A stretch of 64,000 nucleotides of DNA from the NCBI GenBank assembly GCA_012026655.1, contig JAAILG010000692.1:1-64000 (forward strand), given 5' to 3'. This DNA is from Hydrolagus affinis. Taxonomy: Eukaryota. The notes beneath the pieces are model-generated. The model had not been told where the DNA came from, made no database searches, and was given only the letters and a program-made list of their open reading frames with translations. Of this stretch, positions 50,273 through 62,150 are shown in pieces. Numbering within the stretch: the stretch's first letter is position 1; every line of letters begins with the position of its first letter. The translations under genes were made by a program, and so were the position numbers.

Positions 50273-51190
50273 AGGGTTTTGGCCTACAGGGTTAACAGGG
50301 GCTGAGTGGGAGTTATTCCCTGCTTCCAGTGACTTATCTGCCCTTTGAAATCCTGCCGATGAGTCCGACGTGTCGTGCTGTCAGCCCTGTAGTAATGTGG
50401 ACCCACCTGGCTCAGAAACTGGACTACAAAGAGCTGTTAGAAAGGCCTATTCCAATAAAGGTGGCACCCTCATGGCTTGTGCTCTGCCACCATATAACCA
50501 CGTTCCATAGCCACAGTCACACTACGCAGCCGTGCTCTCTCGCTCAGTAACCAGGGTCACATTGTGTGACCAAAGTCGGGTGGTGTATCCAAAGCTATGT
50601 TCTGAAATTGCACTGTTGAGATATTGCCAAAGTCACACTTTACAGTATAGCAAAAGCCATGTCCTAAATAAAGCCTCAGCTCCAGCTGCTAACTAAGCTT
50701 ACCTTCTGTGATAGCATTTGCAGCTTGTAACCAAGGTCACACATTATACCTGAAGCTTGTTGTGTAGCTGTGCTTTGAATTAGTAAATAAGCTGATGTAT
50801 GCATGCTCGGAGTCTGTAACCAGAAACATGCGCTGTAAACAAAGCAATATTCTGTAGACATCCTCTCGATCAGTCAGTAAACTCACAGTTTGTGCTCATG
50901 ATCTGTAACCTGGGTTACATATTGCTCTGTAGCTGTAATTTCTCTCTGTGACAAGCTCGTGTCTGTAGATTATTATTCAGGGGGGTGTGTGGGTGGGAGT
51001 GGGGGTTGTAAGTGGTGTGATTGGCAACGCAATCTCTGCATTGACGCAACCCTCAATGGCAGCTTTGGTATCCTGGCTCCTGAGTCAGGCAGCGCTACAA
51101 TACCCTGGCTCATTGGCAAGGTTTGGAGGGCACACTCGTTGCAGGGATATTTCCCACTCAGCTCCTGTTAACCCTGCAAGGCAAAGCCCC
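50273..51190. mobile_element. Putative foldback/MITE-like unit: inverted arms around a decayed minisatellite
   Basis: 50287-50311 and 51152-51176 are reverse complements (24/25); weaker complementarity continues inward; internal GTAACCAAGGTCACA-like repeats. Confidence 0.6.
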
Positions 51191-51267
51191 AGTGGGTCAG
51201 GTGGTCAATGTTGAACAAGCAGAAGGCTACTTGTCATATAGTGTTCTCGATAGCAACGTATATGATT

Positions 51268-51342
51268 TCAGTGTCTTGGGACATCCTTCCAATGTAAAAG
51301 GCGCCCTCTGGATGTTATTGTGCTGTTCTTGTTGTTGTTGTG
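51268..51342 (+). mobile_element. L2 3' tail (family A)
   Basis: CAGTGTCTTGGGACATCCTTCCAATGTAAAAGGCGC..(TTG)n. Confidence 0.7.
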
Positions 51343-51480
51343 TAAGTCTGGGTTCTCCAAGCATTGATTTTTCCAAACTGCACCTTATACTCTCTGGAAC
51401 TAGGTAATTAGGGTGCTTTCTCTAGCGAGAGAATGCACATTCCATTCCAAGCACAGATGGAGATTTGCAAGCCTAATGAC

Positions 51481-51794
51481 AATAATAATAGTAATCCTTG
51501 CATTTGATGTAGCGCTTTTCACTTCCTCTAGACATCGCAAAGTGCTCCACAGAATATACTTTAAAGTGAATTGACTATATTTGTGGGCAAAACAAGGCAG
51601 CCAATTCCGCACAGCAGCGTCCCACAAACAGTCGTCGATTGAAATGACCAATTTATTATTGTTTGCTTTTTTTTTAGGAATTATTATCAGGCGTGTGGAA
51701 ATTAAAACTTGCTCAAGGTTTCACCCTGCCTGAAATTGAACCCAGGTCTCTCGCTTGCAAGGCGAGCGCTCTAACCACTGAGCTAAAGGGCTCC
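51481..51794 (-). mobile_element. tRNA-derived SINE, full length
   Basis: Complete copy; head CTCGCTTGCAAGGCGAGCGCTCTAACCACTGAGCTA. Confidence 0.95.
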
Positions 51795-53206
51795 GCGTAG
51801 GTGTTGTACATGCGTATAAAATGCTCTTGACTCTCGCTACGGGCTTCTGTTATTGCTTGCAATCTGTAACCAAGCACGGTATCTCTCTGTTCTTGTTGAA
51901 ACTGGAATAGCTGGTCTGTAAAATGTCCAGCGAGGGTTTGAGTGTTTATGGAATAGATGTGTGTTTTGTGTTAACATTGTGTGGAAAGTCTTCGATGCAC
52001 AGATTGAGAGGGATTTTCTGAGTTAGAAAGGCAAATAATTACTCAGGGGCTTTTTATTTGCACAAGCCGCAATAAGGCACAGGTAACCCTGAGAACATGC
52101 CCCGCGGTTTGCTGCAAGAATTCAATTCCCGATTGAAGCACCATCCCTCGCTCGTCTGTTAGACCCGGGAGGCTCTGAGGCCACTCTGTAATTAGGCAAT
52201 ATTCAGTTTATGTAACGTACACAGGTTTTTAGCAAAATGCTTCTGACACAGACTGTCAGAAGCTATCAGAGTGGCTGCGTTCACCAATAGAGTTTAATAA
52301 GGATCAGTTGTAAACCATCAGTGGCAGTTTGCTCGGCATAGTCAGGGGGACGGCACGGGGAAAACAGGAGGAGGTAAGAGCGACGATGTGTAGGTAGCGC
52401 TAATCACATTAAGACCCACGGCTTCACGGAATATTCAAATATAATTTTTTTTGTCCCTAATCAACCTATTATTATTATCCACATTGATTACTGAGGCTCT
52501 TTGTCAGTGAACAGGCAGCTTTTGTGTATGAGATTTTGCAAGATCTTCAGAAACATCTACACTATCAACTGCAATTTAATGTTAAAACAACATCAAGTGT
52601 ATCTCCGGAAACAGGATTGGTATTTTCCAGTTTTTAATCTGAATGTTGTTGTTACAATTCGTAGACGGGTGTGCGCGGTAACTTCATTGTAAAGTTCTCC
52701 TCTCTCAGAATCTCACTCAAACTCGCATCATTGTCAGAGTATTAAGGGATACTCGGCAATCTCTGATAATTGGACTTGAGATACAGATCAGCCATGCTCT
52801 TATAGAAATAGAATAATAATAATAATCCTTGCACTTGCTTTAGCTCCTAATCACCTCGTCGAGATGTCTTATAGGCTCCAGGGGCTGAATGGCCTACTCC
52901 TGTTTCTATATTTTTATGTTTCAGAGTGAGCGGGTAGCCTGCACACTGACTCTGGAGCTACTTGTCACATGTGCTCAGGGGTGCCCAAAGCTAACACGAC
53001 TATAAGGTTAGTTTCTCCCATTCGAAATTGAATTCAAGTTCACAAAAATCATCACTGAGAACGGATTAAGAAAAACTACAAATTTCACTCCAGAGAGGAC
53101 TAATCTGCACTGGCGCATGTCTCCATCCTATTTAACATAGGAAATTTTATTGAATTAAAGTTATGCTTATATAAAACACTAAATAACAACAACAATAGCA
53201 ACATTT

Positions 53207-53503
53207 AGTCCTGTAGCTCAGTGGTTAGAGCATTCGCCTTGCGAGCCAGAGACCTGGGTTCAATGCCCTGCGGGGTGAAACCTTGGGCAAGTTTCCTTAT
53301 TTCACAGGCCTGATAATAATCCCTCAAAATAAATCCTAAATTGGTCAAACCATGACTGTTTACGGGACACTGCTGTGCGTAATTGGCTGCCCCGTTCCGC
53401 CCACAAAATATACAGTCAATTCACTTTACAGTATATTCTGCGAAGCGCTTTGAGACGTCTAGAAGGTGTGAAAAGCCCTATATCAAATGCAAGGATTATT
53501 ATT
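53207..53503 (+). mobile_element. tRNA-derived SINE, full length
   Basis: AGTCCTGTAGCTCAGTGGTTAGAGC..GGTTCAATGCC..AAATGCAAGGATTATTATT. Confidence 0.95.
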
Positions 53504-53640
53504 AATATTAACTTGCATTTATATAGCACTTCTCGTGCAGGGTTGAAACTCCATTACAGAGAGGTTGAAACTCTGTGAACAAAGCTGCTGTTATGGGATC
53601 TGGACTGTGCTGCTGGATATTTATTTATTTAGTTAAATGA

Positions 53641-53740
53641 TATAATCATTTGATATAGGACTTTTCACATCTTCTAAATGTCTCAAAACGCTTCACAGAA
53701 TATACTGTGAAGCGAATTGACTGTATATTTGTGGCCCAAA
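53641..53740 (-). mobile_element. SINE 3' fragment
   Basis: CATTTGATATAG..CTTCACAGAATATACTG..TGACTGTATATTTGTGG. Confidence 0.85.
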
Positions 53741-55767
53741 ACATCGAAACATTATCACAGGGAAATTGTGGTTTGTGAGAGTTTGTTCAGTCTCTGTGTG
53801 GCAATGGGTTTTCCCACAACAAAAGGAGAGAGGTGAGAGAGCAGCAACAAATGAGTTGTGTGTCTTCCTCATTCCTCATTCTCAAACTGTGCCTACAACG
53901 TTTGCTCCATGCAGCAGTTTCCAGAATGTACAGTTCTTATGAGTTCTCTACAGCTGCTGCCATAACTCCTATGGAAACAATAAGTTTTAGTTACAAAGCA
54001 GTGATGGTGGGCGGATTGTCGGGGAGGGGAGCAAATGTGCAAATATTCAAGGTCTTGATATCACCTGTTCATCATCACCGCAATGCACCCTTCACGTTTT
54101 TTCAAAGAGCCGTAAATAGGCACGGTTTATGTCTCCTTCAAAATAACGTAATTTCAGATGTCTAACAAAAGCACTGAAAAAGGATTTTTTCCCCCCTTGG
54201 TTTGGACACAGCTACTGTATCTTCCAAAACACCCACGCTATCTTCGCACAAGGAATTTCAGATGTGATTTAATGACCAACGTTCTACCTTACCCTCCAGA
54301 TTATTTCACACAACCTAATTGACGTGGAGCCACATAGCACGGGATTTATCCACCTCAAGGTATTTTAATTTTTTTTTTTTTAAAAACAACTAGAATGAAA
54401 TGTGTACAGTGACAGTAGGAAGAGTATGTCACACCAATTAAAGCTAAAGCATTCATTTCCAGAATTAAAAGAGATTTCATGCACAGGGACCTACATTCCA
54501 GTCAGAGTGAATCCATCAAGTATACTGGAGTTTGTTGTTTCCCTTTCCCAAAGGAACCCCTTTAAGTTAATATATTAGAATTGTACATGTATCTTTCATG
54601 TTAAAATACATATCAAATTAGAATTCAGTTATGATACATTTGCCTCCTATACAACACAAACTTAAGGGATCAATCATAAACTAACCAAATAACTTCAAAA
54701 TCCCTTGACTATCTCAGTACTGTATTTGGAGAATGGCAAAGGAAAATTGGCCTACGTTTGGAGTCCTGTAGAATTCTAAATACATGTTAAATCCCACTCA
54801 CAAAAAAAAACCCTGCTGGCATTGAAACTCGATCATCAAAGTAATGAGAGGAGCCACACATAATACTGGGCAGACTCCCGGGAACACTGTCAAATTAGAT
54901 CCCTGCATTACCGAATTATGATAGATATATGCCTTAAGACAAGATTATCTCCAGGAAAGGGGACATCTGCCTTGGGAAGTCTCCCAAACAAAATTTGTGC
55001 CATGTGGACAGGCCAGGAAACCCCCCCTAGGGTATGAAGGCTGCTGTAAAAATATATGATTTGTGACACAACAAGCAAGGAAATCGAGCACATAACAAAC
55101 TCTCCACACAATACTCCTTTCTTTCCCCCCCCTGCATAATATAACATTAAATAGGAGAAGCTGTTAGATGAAGCGCTTTAAAAAGATAAACGCAAAGACT
55201 GTATAAAAAACCTTATGCAGGACAAATTAATGTAAAAGCTATAACAAAATTAAAATAATCAAATCATGGTATCTATGAAATATAGCAACCCATACATAGC
55301 CCTCAACACTCCAGCCTAATATTAACTTGCTTTATATAATTACTCACACAAAACACTTAACAGCAAATAAACAACATTTTGCTGAATATTGCCCAAGTGT
55401 TAATAAACTTTTCCTTGGTTTCTGCCAGATAGAAAATTACATTACCGATGCATTTGACAAGAGTTTGAACAAATTCCAATGTACCTTGTTCAAACTAAGT
55501 GGAAGATATTTACATTCAATCACAAAATCTAATTAACAGACTTTACCCACACTGGTTATAATGTTTTGTTTTTTAGCATAGGGATATTAGATGCACTACC
55601 TGCAAAGCAGAATGGAAGCTATTTTTCGTACAAACATATTAGATTCATATTGACACAGTTTTCTCATTTACAGAGGCAGTGACTCAGCCAGGGGCACCGT
55701 TCCAATGGTGGTCTGTTTCGTAGGAACAATGTAGAGGGGATCAGTGTAGCTTATCTACAATGCTGGT

Positions 55768-55890
55768 GGGATGAACTATGAGGAATAATTACATATTATT
55801 GGGCTCTTCAGCTTTGAAAGGAGTTGGTTGAGAAGATGTGTTGTGCAATTGTTGGGATGTTTAACTGGTTAGAGAAAAATAAACCTAAAA
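55768..55890 (+). pseudogene. Decayed CR1 ORF2 C-terminal relic
   Basis: NYEE..GLFSFERS.LR, compare 22990-23100. Confidence 0.55.
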
Positions 55891-56189
55891 TGATGCTTTC
55901 ACTTTTGCTGAAGCAGGAAGACTGGAAGCCCATAATGCCTGGAAGGTTAGTTGAACGCAGAATACTGAACTCACACTGTGAGTGGGTGTGAGTAAAACCA
56001 GCTTTATGTTATACTGAGAAGATAGACAGTAAGTTGACATTTTACATTAAGAATGTGATCAATTGGGCCAATAGGGTTTCCTCCATGCGAACCCCTCGTT
56101 GCCAATCCATAATTGCAGCTATTTTGAACAACAAAGAAGATTGAGTTAAAGTGCTGATTAACAGCTGATCACGTGAACAAAAATGTAGA

Positions 56190-56555
56190 ACAATCCTTGC
56201 ATTTGATAGTGCGCCTTTCACGTCAGAAAGACGTCAAAAAGTGCTTCACGGAATTTTCTGTAACTTGTGAAAGTGTAGGCAATCCTGGTAGCTAATTTGT
56301 GCATAATAATATCCCCCAGAGAGCCATGAAGTGAATGACCAAGCTAATTTGGGAGGGGACTGTTAGCCAAGCGATTGAACAATGCCATGGGACTGGACCT
56401 CAGTTTAATGTCTCATCCGAAAGTGCTGCCCAACGCATCACTCCCACTGTCACTGCGTTGGAGTGTCAGTCTGGACTGTGATTTCAAAGTCCTAACATTG
56501 AATCCGCAACCTCCTGACTTGGAAGTGAAAGTGCCATCAAGTGAGCCGGACTGAT
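56190..56555 (-). mobile_element. Old DeuSINE-like SINE, near full length
   Basis: CCTTGCATTTGATAG..GTTTAATGTCTCATCCGAAAG..GGAGTGTCAG..CAACCTCCTGACT..GTGAGCC. Confidence 0.75.
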
Positions 56556-56639
56556 ATCACACAATGATGCTTTGAATGCAGCTGATTGAGTGCATTTGAA
56601 GATTTAAGGTCCTTCTTTCGGGCAGAAGGTTTGAGCTAC

Positions 56640-57049
56640 TTTTGCCTACAAAATATACAGTCAAATCATTCTCCAGTATATTATGTGGTGCTTTGAGACA
56701 TCTAGAAGATACGATAAGGTGCTATACCAAAATGCAAGGAATATGATTATTATTATTATTACTACTATTACTTTCAGCTCTGCCAGTGTACTTTTCCCTC
56801 CTTGTCAAAATATGGCTTTTAAAGTATTCTTTTCTTGTCTGGCCATTCTTTGCTGATAAACTTCTCGGTTGCAGACATGAGCATTTTCTGCCCAGAGATG
56901 AATAATAATAATAATCCTTCCATTTGATATCGCGCTTTTCATGTCATCCAGATATCTCAAAGCGCTTCACGGAATATACTGTAAAGTGAATTGACTGTAT
57001 ATTTGTGGGCAAAACGCGACAGCCAATTGTGCACAGCAGGGTCCCACAA
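56640..57049. mobile_element. Convergent SINE 3' fragments (56640-56771 +; 56901-57049 -)
   Basis: Both match the family 3' half. Confidence 0.85.
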
Positions 57050-57894
57050 AAGCTCCAAGACTCCATGGTTAGAGTGAAGATTTTTATTTCCCACCTTACT
57101 ACCAGTAATGAATATTGAGTGTAATTTAGGAATGTGGTTTAGTCCACCCAGTATTATATTCCGATCTGGAGCTAAATGGAAATACGAGTTAGCTGCATTC
57201 ATTAATTAAGTTAATTATTATTGATAAATTCTGTAAAGCGTCTTATATTTTCACCATAAATTAATCAGATGGCAGATTGTTGTTGTGTTGTGCTGGAACA
57301 CAACAGTTTATTCTCCTTGTAACATCCAATGTACAAAATTGCTGGAGTTTTTCCCCATCAGTGTCTGAAACAGCTTTACAGTCTCTTCCAGCTTTTTTTT
57401 TAAAAAAAGACCCTGAAGGAGTAATAATCCTCAAACTGGCTGGATACAGCATAAGGAATCTAATCTTTACTTCCCTAAATGTCTGTCTTAATGGATCAAA
57501 AGGCTTTCATGTTGAATCAGCTTAGGGGAAAACAACATTTTCTTCTCGTATAAATCCTCACTACATCCGAAATGTGCACTTGGAGTGTCAGACGGAAATG
57601 GATGAAAAATGTACACGGCTGATCACAAGGCTAAATTGAACCCTGACTACTGCCGTTTGTTTCAAAAACACTTAATTATAAGACTGTGGGGAAACTTCAG
57701 GGAAGTTTTGATCGTGGGAATCTACTCATTAATTTCTCATTCCGCAGAATCCTGGGTATTGTTCCTGGGTTGGTTGAGAATCAGTTTCTGCAATTCTGGC
57801 TTCAACTCCAATGCACAATAATGTAATTCTCAGGTATTACCACAGCTGACAGCACCTTTCACACAGTTGCACCAAACAGGAATGAGAGAAAGGA

Positions 57895-58182
57895 TAACTT
57901 AAGGAGGGGACATAATCTTAAAATTACAGCTAGGAGACTTAGGAGTGTAATTGGAAAGTAATTTTTCATATAAAGGCCGGTGGAAATCTGGAACTCTCGC
58001 CCCCAAAAGACTGTGGATGTTGGATCCATTCACATTTTCAAGATGGAGAGATGGAAAGATGTTTGTTAGACCAAGAGATATGGTGCAAATGTGGGTATTT
58101 GGAGTTCAGGTACATATCTAATGATCTAATCGAATAGCAAAACAGGCTCGAGGGGCTTAATAGCCTACTCTTATTCCTATAT
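57895..58182 (+). mobile_element. CR1 3' portion
   Basis: AGGGGACATAATCTTAAAATT..GTGGAAATCTGGAACTCTC..ACAGGCTCGAGGGGC..CCTACTCTTATTCCTAT. Confidence 0.8.
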
Positions 58183-58227
58183 TGAACAAAAACACAGTTG
58201 AAGAGATCTTTTCTAAAGAGGGTTTTT

Positions 58228-58350
58228 TCCCCACAAATATACGGTCAATTCACTTTACAGTGTATTCTGTGAAGCGCTTTGAGACGTCGATCAGATGGGA
58301 AAAGATCTGTATCAAATGCAAAGACTATTTAGTACAGTATTATTATTATT
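58228..58350 (+). mobile_element. SINE 3' fragment
   Basis: CCCACAAATATACGGTCAATTCACTTTACAG..AAATGCAAAGACTATT. Confidence 0.85.
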
Positions 58351-59699
58351 AAAGACTGGTAAAGAAAGAGTAGGGTTCAGGAAGTTCTGAGAGAGTTTCA
58401 GAGAGGATTAGTAGATTAATAAATTCACATATTTAATAACCCAACAAAACTCTTGAAGATAGAGGAAATGTTTCCAACTTCCCAAATGTTGGGGGAAAAC
58501 AGTTTAGCAGCTTTTAAGTTCCAAGCATCATAGCCAAGTCATGACATGTCTCCCTTGCTGTACTTTCCATGATTCCATGCCCTTTAATTAGGCTTACACT
58601 GACTGAAATTGGGAAAAAAAATCAATCTCAACAAAGTCAATAAAGAATAAAAATATAAGTTAAAAAAAAGAAGTGCCAAATGAGAAAACTCCTTTTGTTG
58701 ATCAGGCCTTCTTGCAGCCTGAATGAGATGCAGTGGACACAACACACAGCCCATTTGATTTCTCGATGGAGACTAAAAGACCAGAGGTAAAACTTCCAAC
58801 AAGATAATGTTCTGTGAACATCTTTCCTGAACCCTGCCCACCTCCTCCTTCAAGGCAATCAATGAAATCTGTAGGATATCAATCTAACCTAACAATTTGC
58901 ATTATTCATCTGGATTCTACATGCCTTTTTAATGGCCCCAATGGCACATGAACCATTGCATTCTGTAGGCTACTTACATATCTTTACAAGCATCAATCCC
59001 ATCTTTAGCCAGATAATCATCCTTTAGAGCGATACCTCATGGGGACTGTGGAGCTAGGTTGCCTCGAATATTGCCCGACATCAGAGTGAATAAATCATCT
59101 CATCCTTTAATATCCCCAAGGAACTTGTTTTGCTGTGTCGGATTTTGGTCCACTGATCCAGATCCAAACCATACTACCTATTCAAGAGGCTCAGGATACT
59201 TTCATTGTTATTGATATTGAAGATTAAGCGAAAGGTGAGATGGCTGTTCCAGCAGTGGTCAATGCCTCGGGGCAAGATGGAATATAGCAGGTATCTAATT
59301 CTTTCGGATGAAAAACTGCAACTGTTGTAATTAATTCTGAGATCATCTCTTTCTCTTTGAAACTATTAATTGCAATAAATACGCTTGACATAGACATGTT
59401 AATAACTCACCTTAATAGAAAACGATATATCCTTGGAAACCACTGAATAGGATTGCACAATGAGCAAATCCAAAGTGTATTTAAGACTACCATATAAATT
59501 AGTGATTTGATTTTACTAACAGTAAATTTGTCTAGGGTAATCGAATCGCACAGTGTTCAAGATCCTTGATCTTATCTCAGATAACACCTCCTAGCCACAG
59601 ACTCCTGAGTGTCAATTACTGGATGGTTTGCCTACTCACGTTCTCAGACAGAGAATGATGTAAAAAGGGTTGAAGAAGGGACACTGCACAATAACAAAC

Positions 59700-59820
59700 C
59701 ATAATCCTCGTGTTTGATATAGCGCCTTATCGTGTCATTGAGATGTCTGAACAAGCTTTACGGAATATATTGTAAAGTGAAAATTGACAATGTATTTTGT
59801 GGGCGAAACGCGGCAACCAG
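59700..59820 (-). mobile_element. SINE 3' fragment
   Basis: TTTGATATAGCGCC..GTGGGCGAAACGCGGCAACC. Confidence 0.8.
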
Positions 59821-59880
59821 CAAATCTCTATGGGAGGCATTTTACTCCCAGAGAGCGATCCAACAACAACTTACAACATC

Positions 59881-60008
59881 AAAACACAAAATACTACAGA
59901 TGCTGGAAATCTGACGAAGGGTCGTGAACCCGAAACGTTGACTCACTTTCCTTTCTCTATGGATGCTGCCTGACCTGCTGAGTTTTCCCAGCAACTTCTG
60001 CTTTTGTT
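59881..60008 (+). mobile_element. Penelope-type pLTR with short inverted 5' segment
   Basis: 59881-59914 is the pLTR end in the orientation seen at 16970; 59911-60008 is the opposite orientation; flanked by ACAACAACTT at 59863-59872 and 60009-60018. Confidence 0.72.
59911..59945 (+). ncRNA. Minimal type I hammerhead ribozyme core (stem I probably disrupted)
   Basis: CUGACGA-A-GGGU(CGUGA)ACCC-GAAA-C-GUU: both catalytic boxes, 4-bp stem II, self-complementary AACGUU. Confidence 0.6.
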
Positions 60009-60640
60009 ACAACAACTTGGATTTATACAACACCCTCCACCAAACAACTAACAAACAGGTTCCTACTTAATGCTCTGTAAACAGAGGTGTTCATATATTT
60101 ACACACATATATATTTATAATTTAAAACTTTATAATTTGAAAGCTTTAGCTGAGGCGAACATTCATAGCTGTAACCATTTGTAATAGGAACAGTAGACAG
60201 AATGCAATCCCTGAAATGGGACTAAATGACTGAATGTCCAACAATATGCATTACATTAGTGACTGCGCACCAATCTCCAGTATGCTTTCTGTAATTACAT
60301 TCATTTTCTGCTTGACTGTCTTATAGCTGCCTATTGCCTTGGTGCACTAGGTGCAATTGTTATGCAAACAGATGAGAATAAGATTATTAAATGCTCTCGA
60401 TTCCTGACAGGGTTGATGCTCTGTGCTCCATTAACTCAGCCTGTTAGCGATGCCACTTCATATTGATTTGACTCGCAGTTCAGCTAGAAATTACACAGAC
60501 AACAGATGATACAAGCTGGAAGTTTCTCCCATTGCAGCCTCCAGAGACAAGCCTTGAGGTAGCAGTAAAACAGGTGTTTCCCAGCACACTCCCTGATGGG
60601 TTCTGATTTTGTCCGAGAGATCAAGCTAAATGCCGCATCC

Positions 60641-61205
60641 AACAACAACAACAACAACAAAATCACATTTGTATAAGTGCCTTTCACGTCGGGAGGACGT
60701 CCCAAGGCGCTGGACAGTCAATGTTTCTGACCTGAGCTTGGGTCAGGATCGGGGAGGGTGGAGAGTAGGGAAGGCGGGTGGGTTGACCAATGGCACCAAT
60801 CGAAGAGAAGTATCTTGAGGCGTGACTTGAAGGAGGCAGAGAGGGGCGAGTCGGAGGGATTGCGGGATGGAATTCCAGAGTTTGAGGGCAGAGTGGCTGA
60901 AGGCGCATCCGCTGATGGTGGGACGGGTGGATCAGGGGACACAGAGCAGGCCGGAGCCCACTGAGCGGAGGGAGTGGACAGGTTTGTAGGAGGCTAGAAG
61001 ATCACAGAGGTAGGGTGGGCCAAGGCCATGTAGGGTTTTAAAGGTGAGGACCAGGATCTTGAATTGAATCCTGTGAGGGATGAGGAGCCAACGGAGTCGG
61101 GTGAGAATGGGGGAGATGGGGTCACAGAGCTTGGTGCGGGAGATGACATGGGCTGCAGAGTTCTGGATGATCTGCAGCCTACGGATGGAGGGCCAACATG
61201 CAGGG
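60641..61205 (-). mobile_element. L2 LINE 3' ~560 bp (family A) with ORF2 C-terminus
   Basis: RLQIIQNSAAHVISRTK..ISPILTRLRWL..RIQFKILVLTFKTLHGLGPPYLCDLL..SLRS; tail hairpin and (GTT)n. Confidence 0.95.
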
Positions 61206-61305
61206 AATGGGGAAGGAGAGCAAAGAAAAACAAGGTAAGCGAGGAAAAGAAGTGGGCAAAGAAGATTTGCGGAATAATGAAGAGTGAAGCTCTGAGGTAG
61301 AAGTG

Positions 61306-61365
61306 ACAACAACAAATAACAACAAATTACACTTATAGAGTGCCTTTCACGTCGGGAGGACGTGA
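61306..61365 (-). mobile_element. L2 3' tail (family A)
   Basis: AAATTACACTTATAGAGTGCCTTTCACGTCGGGAGGACGT. Confidence 0.8.
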
Positions 61366-62059
61366 AAAGTAAATTAATGTTTCTGGAAAAAAAGAAAAAT
61401 ATGACAAGCAGATACAAATATAGGTAGTTGACTGCAATTTAATAGCTCTTTATCCGTCAGTCGCTTTATTCGTTTTATTATTCCGCAGAAAATCAACCTC
61501 CACGACCCAGTGATCATCCACCAGACATTATAAGCAGGAGAGCAGTTGCTTTTCACAACCTAAGCATATAATCCTTCATTTCAAAAGAACTTCCATTTCT
61601 TTGATGCTATTAATTGGCTTGTAAGGGCTGTCACAAAGAACAGCTAGCTAACTAAACATAGCGCAGGGAAAAAAAATAATTTCTGCAATATCCACAAAGG
61701 CTAGGTAAGGAAGAGACGAAGGGAGGGAGAGCCCCTCTATTAATGTTCTCAATTCCCATGTTTCTATGCTGGGCTTGGAATCACTTATTACACCCCAGTG
61801 ATTTCAGTATCTTATCATGGAGTTAAGTGGCTTGCTGTTACTGTGCAAACGCACTCATCACAGCACAGCAGGGGCTCGGCATACTCAATGCACCTGGGTA
61901 AAATGGCATGTTTATAATAATCGAATAACAACTACACAGTCCCTGAAGTTTTAATTGAAATTCCTCCAAAGTATTGTTTCATCTAAATCCATCAGTAATT
62001 TATTCCACCCCAGCCACTGATCCTGGAAATGATCCTACTATACTTAAAAGCAACTGAAA

Positions 62060-62150
62060 TAATAATAATCATCATCACAATAAGGCTTGCATTTGGTATA
62101 GCGCCTTATCACGTCTTTGAGACGTCTCAATTAAATTAAATTAAATTAAA
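62060..62150 (-). mobile_element. SINE tail fragment followed by (AAATT)n
   Basis: TTGCATTTGGTATAGCGCCTTATCACGTCTTTGAGACGTCTCAA. Confidence 0.8.

Noticed and set aside
50287-50295. piggyBac-type AGGG|TTAA terminus for the inverted-repeat unit
   Set aside because: The motif faces outward and complementarity continues on both sides of TTAA, so it is internal to the arm.
50490-50970. CRISPR-like spaced repeats
   Set aside because: Eukaryotic context, short degenerate units, irregular spacing and no cas genes; better explained as a decayed minisatellite.
51297-51316. Second CTCF-like GCGCCCTCTGG
   Set aside because: Lies in a mutated L2 tail and lacks the CCAC/CCAG half of the core.
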